A stretch of DNA of 64,000 nt from Escherichia phage PE37. The notes under the pieces were generated by a model that had not been told where the DNA came from, did no database searches, and was given only the letters and a program-made list of their open reading frames with translations. Position 1 is the stretch's first letter. Every line of letters starts with the position of its first letter. Where the stretch lies: sequence record NC_054929.1; one strand, 5' to 3'. This document shows, in pieces, positions 38,982 through 49,001 of the stretch. The position numbers and the translations under genes were made by a program.

Positions 38982-41678
38982 ATGAAAGAATTTTATATCT
39001 CTATTGAAACAGTCGGAAATAACATTGTTGAACGTTATATTGATGAAAACGGAAAGGAACGTACTCGTGAAGTAGAATATCTTCCAACTATGTTTAGGCA
39101 TTGTAAGGAAGAGTCAAAATACAAAGACATCTATGGTAAAAATTGTGCTCCTCAAAAATTTCCATCAATGAAAGATGCTCGAGATTGGATGAAACGAATG
39201 GAAGACATCGGTCTCGAAGCTCTCGGTATGAACGATTTTAAACTCGCTTATATCAGTGATACATATGGTTCAGAAATTGTTTATGACCGAAAATTTGTTC
39301 GTGTAGCTAACTGTGACATTGAGGTTACTGGTGATAAATTTCCTGACCCAATGAAAGCTGAATATGAAATTGATGCTATCACTCATTACGATTCAATTGA
39401 CGATCGTTTTTATGTTTTCGACCTTTTGAATTCAATGTATGGTTCAGTATCAAAATGGGATGCAAAGTTAGCTGCTAAGCTTGACTGTGAAGGTGGTGAT
39501 GAAGTTCCTCAAGAAATTCTTGACCGAGTAATTTATATGCCATTCGATAATGAGCGTGATATGCTCATGGAATATATTAATCTTTGGGAACAGAAACGAC
39601 CTGCTATTTTTACCGGTTGGAATATTGAGGGATTTGACGTTCCGTATATCATGAATCGCGTTAAAATGGTTCTCGGTGAACGTAGTATGAAACGCTTCTC
39701 TCCAATCGGTCGAGTAAAATCTAAATTAATTCAAAATATGTACGGTAGCAAAGAAATTTATTCTATTGATGGCGTATCTATTCTTGATTATTTAGATTTG
39801 TACAAGAAATTCGCTTTTACTAATTTGCCGTCATTCTCTTTGGAATCAGTTGCTCAACATGAAACCAAAAAAGGTAAATTACCATACGACGGTCCTATTA
39901 ATAAACTTCGTGAGACTAATCATCAACGATACATTAGTTATAACATCATTGACGTAGAATCAGTTCAAGCAATTGATAAAATTCGCGGGTTTATCGATCT
40001 AGTTTTAAGTATGTCTTATTACGCTAAAATGCCTTTTTCCGGTGTAATGAGTCCTATTAAAACTTGGGATGCTATTATTTTTAACTCATTGAAAGGTGAA
40101 CATAAGGTTATTCCTCAACAAGGTTCGCACGTTAAACAGAGTTTTCCGGGTGCATTTGTATTTGAACCTAAACCAATTGCTCGTCGATATATTATGAGTT
40201 TTGACTTGACGTCTCTGTATCCGAGCATTATTCGTCAGGTTAACATTAGTCCTGAAACTATTCGTGGTCAGTTTAAAGTTCATCCAATTCATGAATATAT
40301 CGCAGGAACAGCTCCTAAACCGAGTGATGAATATTCTTGTTCTCCGAATGGATGGATGTATGATAAGCATCAAGAAGGTATCATTCCAAAGGAAATCGCT
40401 AAAGTATTTTTCCAGCGTAAAGACTGGAAAAAGAAAATGTTCGCTGAAGAAATGAATGCCGAAGCTATTAAAAAGATTATTATGAAAGGCGCAGGGTCTT
40501 GTTCAACTAAACCTGAAGTTGAACGATATGTTAAGTTCAGTGATGATTTCTTAAATGAACTATCGAATTATACTGAATCTGTTCTCAATAGTTTGATTGA
40601 AGAATGTGAAAAAGCAGCTACACTTGCTAATACAAATCAGCTGAACCGTAAAATTCTTATTAACAGTCTTTATGGTGCTCTTGGTAATATTCATTTCCGT
40701 TACTATGATTTGCGAAATGCTACTGCTATCACAATTTTCGGCCAAGTTGGTATTCAGTGGATTGCTCGTAAAATTAATGAATACCTGAATAAGGTGTGTG
40801 GAACTAATGGCGAAGATTTCATCGCAGCAGGTGATACTGATTCGGTATATGTTTGTGTAGATAAAGTTATTGAAAAAGTAGGTCTTGACCGCTTTAAAGA
40901 ACAAAATGATTTAGTTGAATTCATGAATCAGTTCGGTAAGAAAAAGATGGAACCTATGATTGATGTTGCATATCGTGAGTTATGTGATTATATGAATAAC
41001 CGCGAGCATCTGATGCATATGGACCGTGAAGCTATTTCTTGTCCTCCGCTCGGTTCAAAGGGTGTTGGTGGATTTTGGAAAGCGAAAAAACGTTATGCTC
41101 TGAACGTTTATGATATGGAAGATAAGCGATTTGCTGAACCGCATCTAAAAATCATGGGTATGGAAACTCAGCAAAGTTCAACACCAAAAGCAGTACAAGA
41201 AGCTCTTGAAGAAAGTATTCGTCGTATTCTTCAGGAAGGTGAAGAGTCTGTCCAAGAATATTACAAGAACTTCGAGAAAGAATATCGTCAACTTGACTAT
41301 AAAGTTATTGCTGAAGTAAAAACTGCGAACGATATAGCGAAATATGATGATAAAGGTTGGCCAGGGTTTAAATGCCCGTTCCATATTCGCGGTGTGCTAA
41401 CTTATCGTCGAGCTGTTAGCGGTCTGGGTGTAGCTCCAATTTTGGATGGAAATAAAGTAATGGTTCTTCCATTACGTGAAGGAAATCCATTTGGCGACAA
41501 GTGCATTGCTTGGCCGTCGGGTACGGAACTTCCAAAAGAAATTCGTTCTGATGTACTGTCTTGGATTGACTACTCAACTTTGTTCCAAAAATCGTTTGTT
41601 AAACCGCTTGCGGGCATGTGTGAATCGGCTGGTATGGACTATGAAGAAAAAGCTTCGTTAGACTTCCTGTTTGGCTGA
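38982..41678 (+). CDS. 43: DNA polymerase gp43 (family B, with 3'-5' exonuclease)
   Basis: 898 aa uninterrupted; exonuclease and polymerase motifs (DTDS, YGDTDS-type); matches T4 gp43. Confidence 0.95.
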   Translation: MKEFYISIETVGNNIVERYIDENGKERTREVEYLPTMFRHCKEESKYKDIYGKNCAPQKFPSMKDARDWMKRMEDIGLEALGMNDFKLAYISDTYGSEIVYDRKFVRVANCDIEVTGDKFPDPMKAEYEIDAITHYDSIDDRFYVFDLLNSMYGSVSKWDAKLAAKLDCEGGDEVPQEILDRVIYMPFDNERDMLMEYINLWEQKRPAIFTGWNIEGFDVPYIMNRVKMVLGERSMKRFSPIGRVKSKLIQNMYGSKEIYSIDGVSILDYLDLYKKFAFTNLPSFSLESVAQHETKKGKLPYDGPINKLRETNHQRYISYNIIDVESVQAIDKIRGFIDLVLSMSYYAKMPFSGVMSPIKTWDAIIFNSLKGEHKVIPQQGSHVKQSFPGAFVFEPKPIARRYIMSFDLTSLYPSIIRQVNISPETIRGQFKVHPIHEYIAGTAPKPSDEYSCSPNGWMYDKHQEGIIPKEIAKVFFQRKDWKKKMFAEEMNAEAIKKIIMKGAGSCSTKPEVERYVKFSDDFLNELSNYTESVLNSLIEECEKAATLANTNQLNRKILINSLYGALGNIHFRYYDLRNATAITIFGQVGIQWIARKINEYLNKVCGTNGEDFIAAGDTDSVYVCVDKVIEKVGLDRFKEQNDLVEFMNQFGKKKMEPMIDVAYRELCDYMNNREHLMHMDREAISCPPLGSKGVGGFWKAKKRYALNVYDMEDKRFAEPHLKIMGMETQQSSTPKAVQEALEESIRRILQEGEESVQEYYKNFEKEYRQLDYKVIAEVKTANDIAKYDDKGWPGFKCPFHIRGVLTYRRAVSGLGVAPILDGNKVMVLPLREGNPFGDKCIAWPSGTELPKEIRSDVLSWIDYSTLFQKSFVKPLAGMCESAGMDYEEKASLDFLFG

Positions 41679-41689
41679 TAGAATAAATC

Positions 41690-41713
41690 TAGGGACCTCC
41701 AGGTCCCTTTTTC
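41690..41713 (+). terminator. rho-independent terminator
   Basis: AGGGACCTCCAGGTCCCT followed by TTTTT. Confidence 0.85.
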
Positions 41714-41779
41714 ATACAAGTAATATAAATCTATACTTATGAAAAACAGATGATTCTGGACATTTAGAATTCCCTAAAA

Positions 41780-41830
41780 AATTTTCACAAAACTGTTTAC
41801 AAGAATGTTCTTCCATGGTACTATACAACT
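41780..41830 (+). promoter_or_regulatory. early promoter
   Basis: GTTTAC 41795-41800, 18 bp, TACTAT; conserved leader follows. Confidence 0.7.
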
Positions 41831-41861
41831 ATCAACTACTGATACGGATTTGGATAATAAA

Positions 41862-42098
41862 ATGAAAATTGTTATGGGTTGCTTAGCAGTTTGTTTAGTT
41901 GCATTAGCAGCAGTTCCATTTGTTAGTGTTGAAAATGATACTCAACCTGTGATTGAATCTAGCACTGTTATTCACACTAATGGTAAAATATCAGTTAAAA
42001 TTGATGATAATCTTCATGTGAATACAAATGGATCTTTAGGTGTGCAAATGGGTAATACCTGCATAAGCACTACTGGAGTAATTACTACTTGCATTTGA
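41862..42098 (+). CDS. secreted small protein
   Basis: ATG after leader SD; signal peptide. Confidence 0.55.
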   Translation: MKIVMGCLAVCLVALAAVPFVSVENDTQPVIESSTVIHTNGKISVKIDDNLHVNTNGSLGVQMGNTCISTTGVITTCI

Positions 42099-42108
42099 GG
42101 AAATTATT

Positions 42109-42489
42109 ATGAAAATCGCTATTTTGGTTATTGCATTAGGTCTTACTGGTTGTGTGGCTCAAGGACCGGTAGTAAATCAGTCTGATGCAGGAAAAATTGT
42201 AAACTGTTCAAGCAAGTTTTATAATCCTAATGTCAAGTGTTATAAAGAAGCTCCAAAGCAAACAGTCGAACAAATGCAGGCGAATTTTGACGAAGCTATT
42301 CGTCCAGATGAATCTGCTCAAGCATATCGTAATTCGGATGTAATTACACGCGAAGAAAAAATTGAAAACTACTGCGCCGAGCTTTGGGCAAATTGGGCTA
42401 ATAATTACCAATGGCGTACCGGTAAAAATGCTCCGATGGAGTATGTAGTGAATTCTTATAATTCATGCGTAAAAAATTTGACTAAGTGA
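42109..42489 (+). CDS. lipoprotein
   Basis: SD GAGGAAA; lipobox LTGC. Confidence 0.6.
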   Translation: MKIAILVIALGLTGCVAQGPVVNQSDAGKIVNCSSKFYNPNVKCYKEAPKQTVEQMQANFDEAIRPDESAQAYRNSDVITREEKIENYCAELWANWANNYQWRTGKNAPMEYVVNSYNSCVKNLTK

Positions 42490-42496
42490 GGAAAAC

Positions 42497-42748
42497 ATGG
42501 AAACTTTAGTAGCAGGTTCAATTTTTATGGTTTTAGTTTCAGGTGTGTTGGCTATTATTATATACATGCTTCCATGGTTTATCGCCTTGATGCGTGGGTC
42601 AAAATCGACAGTAGGAATCTTTTTCACATCTTTACTGTTTAACTGGTCAATTATTGGTTGGTTTATTACATTTATTTGGTCAATTGCGGGTGAAACTAAA
42701 AAGTCTGCACAACCAAATCAGGTAATTATCATCAGAGAGAAGGAATGA
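42497..42748 (+). CDS. imm: superinfection immunity protein Imm
   Basis: 83-aa two-TM membrane protein immediately upstream of gene 42 as in T4. Confidence 0.75.
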   Translation: METLVAGSIFMVLVSGVLAIIIYMLPWFIALMRGSKSTVGIFFTSLLFNWSIIGWFITFIWSIAGETKKSAQPNQVIIIREKE

Positions 42749-42894
42749 AAAGCAAAATTATAGCAGTGTTGCTTTTAATCTTGATGATTATAATAAGTAT
42801 ATACTATAGTGTAACGGTTCCTCTTATGATTCCAACTATTATTTTAGGTTGGGGTTTATTACTGTTACAAGTTAAATATGAATGTATCAATTGA
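42745..42894 (+). CDS. small membrane peptide (49 aa)
   Basis: ATGA overlap with imm; hydrophobic; not in ORF track. Confidence 0.4.
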   Translation: MKSKIIAVLLLILMIIISIYYSVTVPLMIPTIILGWGLLLLQVKYECIN

Positions 42895-42901
42895 GGTTTA
42901 A

Positions 42902-43642
42902 ATGATTAGTGACTCTATGACAGTTGAAGAAATCCGTCTTCATTTGGGGCTTGCATTAAAAGAAAAAGATTTCGTAGTTGATAAAACCGGTGTTAAAACT
43001 ATTGAAATTATTGGCGCATCATTTGTAGCAGATGAACCGTTTATTTTTGGCGCTCTTAATGATGAATACATTCAGCGTGAACTTGAATGGTATAAATCTA
43101 AGAGCTTGTTTGTTAAAGATATTCCAGGTGAAACACCAAAGATTTGGCAGCAGGTAGCATCTTCTAAAGGCGAAATTAACTCGAATTATGGTTGGGCTAT
43201 TTGGTCAGAAGATAACTATGCCCAGTATGATATGTGTTTAGCTGAACTTGGTCAAAATCCTGATTCTCGACGTGGTATCATGATTTATACTCGTCCATCC
43301 ATGCAATTTGACTACAATAAAGATGGTATGTCAGATTTCATGTGTACGAATACCGTACAATACTTGATTCGTGACAAGAAAATCAATGCGGTTGTTAACA
43401 TGAGAAGCAATGATTGCTGGGCAGGCTATCGTAATGATTATGCATGGCAAAAATACGTATTAGATAAATTAGTATCTGATTTGAATGCAGGCGACCCATC
43501 GCGGCAATATAAAGCAGGTTCTATTATATGGAACGTTGGAAGTCTTCATGTGTACGAAAATCAGTTTTATTTAGTTGACCATTGGTGGAACACTGGTGAA
43601 ACTCATATTGCTAAAAAGGATTATACTGGAAAATGGAAGTAA
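42902..43642 (+). CDS. 42: dCMP hydroxymethylase gp42
   Basis: 246 aa; thymidylate-synthase-like fold; size and position match T4 gp42. Confidence 0.88.
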   Translation: MISDSMTVEEIRLHLGLALKEKDFVVDKTGVKTIEIIGASFVADEPFIFGALNDEYIQRELEWYKSKSLFVKDIPGETPKIWQQVASSKGEINSNYGWAIWSEDNYAQYDMCLAELGQNPDSRRGIMIYTRPSMQFDYNKDGMSDFMCTNTVQYLIRDKKINAVVNMRSNDCWAGYRNDYAWQKYVLDKLVSDLNAGDPSRQYKAGSIIWNVGSLHVYENQFYLVDHWWNTGETHIAKKDYTGKWK

Positions 43643-44274
43643 ATGCGCCACATGTTTATAAGTATAAACATCCTAAAACTAAAAAGTGGTATATAGGAAG
43701 TCATGATGGTCACAACCCGAATTATGATGGTTCGGGTGTAGTTTGGCAACATGCTAAAAAGAAATATGGAATAAAATCCTTTAATAAAGAAATATTATAT
43801 GAAGGACCAATGTTTAGACAGGTTGAAGAAATTATTTTAACTTGTTTAGATGCTGCTAATTGTCCGGATTCATATAATTTAAAGAATGAAGCATGGGGAG
43901 GAAGTTTTCCAGGCAAATTAAATGGAATGTACGGTAAAAAACTATCTCCAGAAGAAAGATATAAGTGCGGAAATGCCTTTCGTGGAATCAAGCGTCCTGA
44001 TCATTCTAAAAGAATGAAAGGCGAAGGTAATCCAATGTATGGTAAAAATGAGCAAGCATATGGAATTATAAATCGAGCAAAGGAAAATTCTGGTAAAACT
44101 TATGAAGAAATTTTTGGCGCAGAAAAAGCTAAAATAATTAAAGAAACGATGTCTAAAAATCGTAAAGGAAAACCTCATAATTTGATAGAAAAAATATGTC
44201 CGTATTGCGGACTAAAAGGACGTGGGCCAAATATGACAAGATACCATTTTGACAAATGTAAGGCACTTAAATGA
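43633..44274 (+). CDS. GIY-YIG homing endonuclease, Seg-like (free-standing)
   Basis: N-terminal YKYKHPKTKKWYIGS (GIY-YIG variant), NUMOD3-like repeats, C-terminal CPYC zinc finger. Confidence 0.7.
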   Translation: MEVNAPHVYKYKHPKTKKWYIGSHDGHNPNYDGSGVVWQHAKKKYGIKSFNKEILYEGPMFRQVEEIILTCLDAANCPDSYNLKNEAWGGSFPGKLNGMYGKKLSPEERYKCGNAFRGIKRPDHSKRMKGEGNPMYGKNEQAYGIINRAKENSGKTYEEIFGAEKAKIIKETMSKNRKGKPHNLIEKICPYCGLKGRGPNMTRYHFDKCKALK

Positions 44275-45113
44275 TTCAATTCGTAATTCCAAGCTATCAA
44301 CGCGTAGGGGCAGTTTCTGCCCTTGATATGTTTCCGACTGATTATGAACCTCATATTGTAGTACGTGAACATGAAGAAAAAGCTTATTATGACGCTTACG
44401 GGTCTAGGGCTAAAATTATAACTATTCCTGATGATGTTAATGGAATTGCTGGTACTCGTAAAGCAATTACTGATATGTATGCAGGTCAACGAATCTGGAT
44501 GATTGATGATGATACTACTATTCGTATGAGTTCAATGCGAAAAAGAGATGATCGTCGTTGTGTGGATAAAGTCAATCAATTGACTCGTGAACAGTTCTAT
44601 GAATTGATTCAATATGTTGAGGATGCCATGGATTGTGGGTATTATCATGGCCATGCTCGTCTACCTATTTTTAAAATTACTTCATCTTGGGGTAATTATC
44701 GTGAAAATTCATATGGATTCACGAATACATGGTATGACCTCGGAAAACTTACGACAGAACAAATTGGGTATGGAAAAATTGATTTGTGCGAAGATATGTA
44801 TGCATTTCTCAATTTAATTAATCAAGGTTATCCGCATTTGGCCTTGTTCAAATATCTGGTTGTATCTGGAAAAGCACAAGCTCCTGGCGGGTGCAGTTCA
44901 ATTCGTAGTAATTCTAAACATAATAGAGCGCTTGAACAAATCAATAGAGAATTTCCAGAGCAAGCTCGTTGGAAAACTTCTAATATTGAAAAACGAAAAT
45001 CGTTGGGTGAAGAAGATGAGCCATTAAAGGTTCTTCGTATGTGTGTTTCGCGCAAAGAAAAATCAGAAGCATTTCATAAGTTTAATGCTATTCATCCGAT
45101 AGCAGTTGATTAA
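44271..45113 (+). CDS. GT-A-like glycosyltransferase at the beta-gt locus
   Basis: DxD-type motif WMIDDDTT; 280 aa; not similar to T4 beta-gt as recalled. Confidence 0.5.
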   Translation: MIQFVIPSYQRVGAVSALDMFPTDYEPHIVVREHEEKAYYDAYGSRAKIITIPDDVNGIAGTRKAITDMYAGQRIWMIDDDTTIRMSSMRKRDDRRCVDKVNQLTREQFYELIQYVEDAMDCGYYHGHARLPIFKITSSWGNYRENSYGFTNTWYDLGKLTTEQIGYGKIDLCEDMYAFLNLINQGYPHLALFKYLVVSGKAQAPGGCSSIRSNSKHNRALEQINREFPEQARWKTSNIEKRKSLGEEDEPLKVLRMCVSRKEKSEAFHKFNAIHPIAVD

Positions 45114-45190
45114 TGCCTAAATTTATTGTGTTATAATTACTCTATCTTTAACCAGTGAGGAAAATATAATGATGCCTATGGAAAAAATGA

Positions 45191-46372
45191 ATGTCTATTG
45201 CAGATTTAAAATCCCGTTTGATTAAAGCTTCCACTTCTAAAATGACTGCTGAACTGACTACATCTAAATTCTTTAATGAAAAGGATGTAATCCGTACAAA
45301 AATTCCAATGCTGAATATTGCTATTTCTGGTGCGATTGATGGCGGTATGCAGTCTGGTTTAACTATTTTCGCAGGGCCTTCTAAACACTTTAAATCAAAT
45401 ATGTCTTTGACTATGGTTGCGGCATATTTGAACAAATATCCTGACGCGGTTTGTCTATTCTATGATAGCGAATTTGGTATTACTCCAGCTTATTTGCGAT
45501 CCATGGGAGTTGACCCGGAACGAGTAATTCATACGCCAATCCAGTCAGTTGAACAGCTGAAAATTGATATGGTGAATCAGCTTGAAGCTATTGAGCGTGG
45601 TGAAAAGGTTATTGTATTCATCGACTCAATCGGTAATATGGCTTCTAAGAAAGAAACGGAAGATGCTTTGAATGAAAAATCTGTGGCAGATATGACTCGT
45701 GCTAAATCACTGAAGTCATTATTCCGTATTGTTACTCCTTATTTTAGCATTAAAAATATTCCATGTGTTGCGGTTAACCATACAATTGAAACAATTGAAA
45801 TGTTTAGTAAAACCGTGATGACAGGTGGTACAGGCGTAATGTATTCGGCTGATACTGTATTCATTATCGGTAAACGTCAGATTAAAGATGGTTCTGATCT
45901 TCAAGGGTATCAATTTGTTCTAAATGTAGAAAAATCTCGTACCGTTAAAGAAAAAAGTAAATTCTTTATTGATGTTAAATTTGACGGTGGTATCGATCCT
46001 TATTCTGGATTGTTAGATATGGCTCTAGAATTAGGATTCGTAGTAAAACCTAAGAATGGTTGGTATGCTCGTGAATTTCTTGACGAAGAAACCGGCGAGA
46101 TGATTCGCGAAGAAAAATCTTGGCGTGCAAAAGATACTAACTGCACTACATTCTGGGGTCCTTTATTTAAGCATCAACCATTCCGAGATGCTATTAAACG
46201 TGCTTATCAGTTAGGTGCTATTGATAGTAATGAAATTGTTGAAGCTGAAGTTGACGAATTGATTAACTCAAAGGTTGAAAAATTTAAATCTCCAGAAAGT
46301 AAAAGTAAATCAGCAGCTGATTTAGAAACTGACCTAGAACAGTTAAGTGATATGGAAGAATTTAATGAATAA
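45191..46372 (+). CDS. uvsX: recombinase UvsX (RecA-like)
   Basis: 393 aa, MSIADLKSRLIKASTSK..., Walker A GPSKHFKS; matches T4 UvsX. Confidence 0.95.
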   Translation: MSIADLKSRLIKASTSKMTAELTTSKFFNEKDVIRTKIPMLNIAISGAIDGGMQSGLTIFAGPSKHFKSNMSLTMVAAYLNKYPDAVCLFYDSEFGITPAYLRSMGVDPERVIHTPIQSVEQLKIDMVNQLEAIERGEKVIVFIDSIGNMASKKETEDALNEKSVADMTRAKSLKSLFRIVTPYFSIKNIPCVAVNHTIETIEMFSKTVMTGGTGVMYSADTVFIIGKRQIKDGSDLQGYQFVLNVEKSRTVKEKSKFFIDVKFDGGIDPYSGLLDMALELGFVVKPKNGWYAREFLDEETGEMIREEKSWRAKDTNCTTFWGPLFKHQPFRDAIKRAYQLGAIDSNEIVEAEVDELINSKVEKFKSPESKSKSAADLETDLEQLSDMEEFNE

Positions 46373-46709
46373 AGATGATTTAGATTTAGATCTAGAAATT
46401 ATCGATGAATCCCCCTCTTCGGAGGGGGAAGAAGAAAGAAAAGAACGTCTTTTTAATGAGTCTCTTAAGATAATTAAATCCGCTATGGAAAATGTTATCC
46501 AGGAGATTGTCATTAAACTAGAAGATGGTTCTACACATATAGTGTATGTAACTAAACTGGATTGGGTTGATGGAAAGGTTGTAATGGACTTTGCTGTTCT
46601 TGACCAAGAAAGAAAAGCTGAGTTAGCTCCTCATGTAGAAAAATGTATTACAATGCAACTGCAAGATGCATTTAATAAAAGGTCAAAGAAAAAATTTAAA
46701 TTCTTTTAA
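46365..46709 (+). CDS. 40: gp40-like protein
   Basis: between uvsX and 41 as in T4; start 46365 vs 46347 uncertain. Confidence 0.6.
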   Translation: MNKDDLDLDLEIIDESPSSEGEEERKERLFNESLKIIKSAMENVIQEIVIKLEDGSTHIVYVTKLDWVDGKVVMDFAVLDQERKAELAPHVEKCITMQLQDAFNKRSKKKFKFF

Positions 46710-46718
46710 GGAGTAAGT

Positions 46719-48146
46719 GTGGTAGAAATTATTCTTTCTCATCTCATATTTGATCAAGCTTATTTTTCAAAAGTTTGGCCATATATGGATTCAGAATATT
46801 TTGAAAGTGGTCCAGCTAAAAATACATTCAAATTAATTAAATCTCATGTTAATGAGTACCATAGCGTTCCATCTATTAATGCGTTAAATGTTGCATTAGA
46901 AAATAGTTCATTTACTGAAACAGAATATTCTGGTGTAAAAACACTTATTTCAAAACTGGCTGATTCTCCAGAAGACCACAGTTGGTTAGTAAAAGAAACA
47001 GAAAAATATGTTCAGCAAAGGGCGATGTTTAATGCTACGTCTAAAATAATCGAAATTCAAACTAATGCTGAACTTCCTCCGGAAAAACGAAATAAGAAAA
47101 TGCCGGATGTTGGTGCTATTCCTGACATCATGCGCCAGGCATTATCAATTTCATTTGATAGTTACGTTGGTCATGACTGGATGGATGACTACGAAGCACG
47201 TTGGCTATCTTATATGAATAAAGCTCGTAAGGTTCCATTTAAACTCAAAATTCTAAATAAAATTACTAAAGGCGGAGCTGAGACTGGAACACTGAACGTT
47301 TTAATGGCTGGTGTTAACGTTGGTAAGTCATTAGGTCTGTGTTCATTGGCAGCAGATTATTTACAGCTCGGTCATAATGTTCTTTACATTTCAATGGAAA
47401 TGGCAGAAGAAGTCTGTGCTAAACGTATTGACGCTAACATGCTTGATGTTTCTCTTGATGACATTGATGATGGGCATATTTCTTACGCTGAATATAAAGG
47501 AAAAATGGAAAAATGGCGTGAGAAATCTACTCTCGGTCGTTTAATCGTTAAACAGTATCCTACTGGTGGAGCAGACGCTAATACATTTCGATCACTTTTA
47601 AACGAATTGAAGCTCAAAAAGAATTTTGTTCCAACAATCATTATCGTCGACTATTTAGGTATTTGTAAATCTTGCCGCATTAGAGTTTATTCAGAAAATA
47701 GTTACACAACTGTTAAAGCTATCGCAGAGGAATTGCGTGCTCTGGCTGTTGAAACCGAAACTGTTCTTTGGACCGCAGCACAAGTTGGTAAGCAAGCTTG
47801 GGATTCTTCTGATGTTAACATGAGCGATATTGCAGAATCTGCTGGTCTTCCAGCAACAGCTGATTTTATGCTTGCGGTCATTGAAACCGAGGAGCTAGCA
47901 GCTGCTGAACAACAACTCATTAAGCAAATCAAATCACGATATGGCGATAAGAATAAGTGGAATAAGTTTTTAATGGGTGTTCAAAAGGGAAATCAGAAAT
48001 GGGTAGAAATTGAACAAGATTCTACTCCAACTGAAGTGAACGAAGTAGCAGGTTCACAGCAGATTCAGGCTGAACAGAATCGCTATCAAAGAAATGAATC
48101 CACTCGAGCTCAGTTAGATGCTTTGGCGAATGAATTAAAATTTTAG
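46719..48146 (+). CDS. 41: replicative helicase gp41 (DnaB-like)
   Basis: 475 aa from GTG; Walker A GVNVGKS; matches T4 gp41. Confidence 0.93.
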   Translation: MVEIILSHLIFDQAYFSKVWPYMDSEYFESGPAKNTFKLIKSHVNEYHSVPSINALNVALENSSFTETEYSGVKTLISKLADSPEDHSWLVKETEKYVQQRAMFNATSKIIEIQTNAELPPEKRNKKMPDVGAIPDIMRQALSISFDSYVGHDWMDDYEARWLSYMNKARKVPFKLKILNKITKGGAETGTLNVLMAGVNVGKSLGLCSLAADYLQLGHNVLYISMEMAEEVCAKRIDANMLDVSLDDIDDGHISYAEYKGKMEKWREKSTLGRLIVKQYPTGGADANTFRSLLNELKLKKNFVPTIIIVDYLGICKSCRIRVYSENSYTTVKAIAEELRALAVETETVLWTAAQVGKQAWDSSDVNMSDIAESAGLPATADFMLAVIETEELAAAEQQLIKQIKSRYGDKNKWNKFLMGVQKGNQKWVEIEQDSTPTEVNEVAGSQQIQAEQNRYQRNESTRAQLDALANELKF

Positions 48147-48182
48147 TTTACAAACTGACAAGACTATGGTATAGTAGTCCTG
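48135..48182 (+). promoter_or_regulatory. early promoter
   Basis: GTTTAC 48146-48151, 18 bp, TATAGT. Confidence 0.65.
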
Positions 48183-48204
48183 TTGGTTAAATGAGGAGAT
48201 TGTT

Positions 48205-48387
48205 ATGGAATTGGTAAAGGTAGTTTTTATGGGGTGGTTTAAGAATGAAAGCATGTTTACTAAAGAAACCACAATGATGAAAGATGACGTTCAATGGGCT
48301 ACTACTCAGTATGCTGAAGTTAATAAAGCATTAGTTAAAGCTTTCATTGATGACAAGAAAGTATGTGAAGTAGATTGCCGAGGATAA
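48205..48387 (+). CDS. dmd: antitoxin Dmd
   Basis: 60 aa, MELVKVVFMGWFKNESMFTKE..., matches T4 Dmd (61.5). Confidence 0.85.
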   Translation: MELVKVVFMGWFKNESMFTKETTMMKDDVQWATTQYAEVNKALVKAFIDDKKVCEVDCRG

Positions 48388-48388
48388 T

Positions 48389-48646
48389 ATGCATATTGTT
48401 TTATTTAAACCTACTCCGTATAACGTCAGGAAAAATACTCAATTCAAAGCACTTATTGCGGATACGTGGGAATTGGTGTTAGATATTCCAGCAGAAGAAA
48501 GTCCTCCATTTGGTCGAGTGGAATTTATTAAGTTTGCTGTACGTCCTACGAAGCGACAGATTCGTCAGTGTAAAAGGTATTTTCGTAAGATCGTTAAGCT
48601 AGAGAAACAGTTTGTAACATGTGATTACGCAGAAATTTTAAAATAA
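48389..48646 (+). CDS. hypothetical protein (61.4 position)
   Basis: ATG; 85 aa. Confidence 0.55.
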   Translation: MHIVLFKPTPYNVRKNTQFKALIADTWELVLDIPAEESPPFGRVEFIKFAVRPTKRQIRQCKRYFRKIVKLEKQFVTCDYAEILK

Positions 48647-48685
48647 CTGTTTACTTTTGTTGGAAATTGAGATACTATATAAACA
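48640..48685 (+). promoter_or_regulatory. early promoter
   Basis: GTTTAC 48649-48654, 18 bp, TACTAT. Confidence 0.65.
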
Positions 48686-48706
48686 TAAACTACTGAGGAG
48701 ATTATC

Positions 48707-49000
48707 ATGAAAAAATTTATTTTTGCTACAATTTTTACTTTGGCTTCTTGTGCTGCTCAGCCTGCTATGGCAGGATATGATAAAGACTTGTGCGAATGGT
48801 CTATGACTGCAGATCAGACTGAAGTTGAAACTCAAATTGAAGCGGATATTATGAATATTGTTGAGCGCGATCGTCCTGAAATGAAAGCTGAAGTGCAAAA
48901 ACAACTTAAGTCTGGTGGTGTAATGCAGTATAATTATGTTCTGTATTGCGATAAAAACTTTAATAACAAAAATATCGTAACCGAAATCACAGGCGAATAA
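48707..49000 (+). CDS. sp: periplasmic Spackle-like protein
   Basis: 97 aa with signal peptide; SD GAGGAG; 61.3 position. Confidence 0.75.
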   Translation: MKKFIFATIFTLASCAAQPAMAGYDKDLCEWSMTADQTEVETQIEADIMNIVERDRPEMKAEVQKQLKSGGVMQYNYVLYCDKNFNNKNIVTEITGE

Positions 49001-49001
49001 T

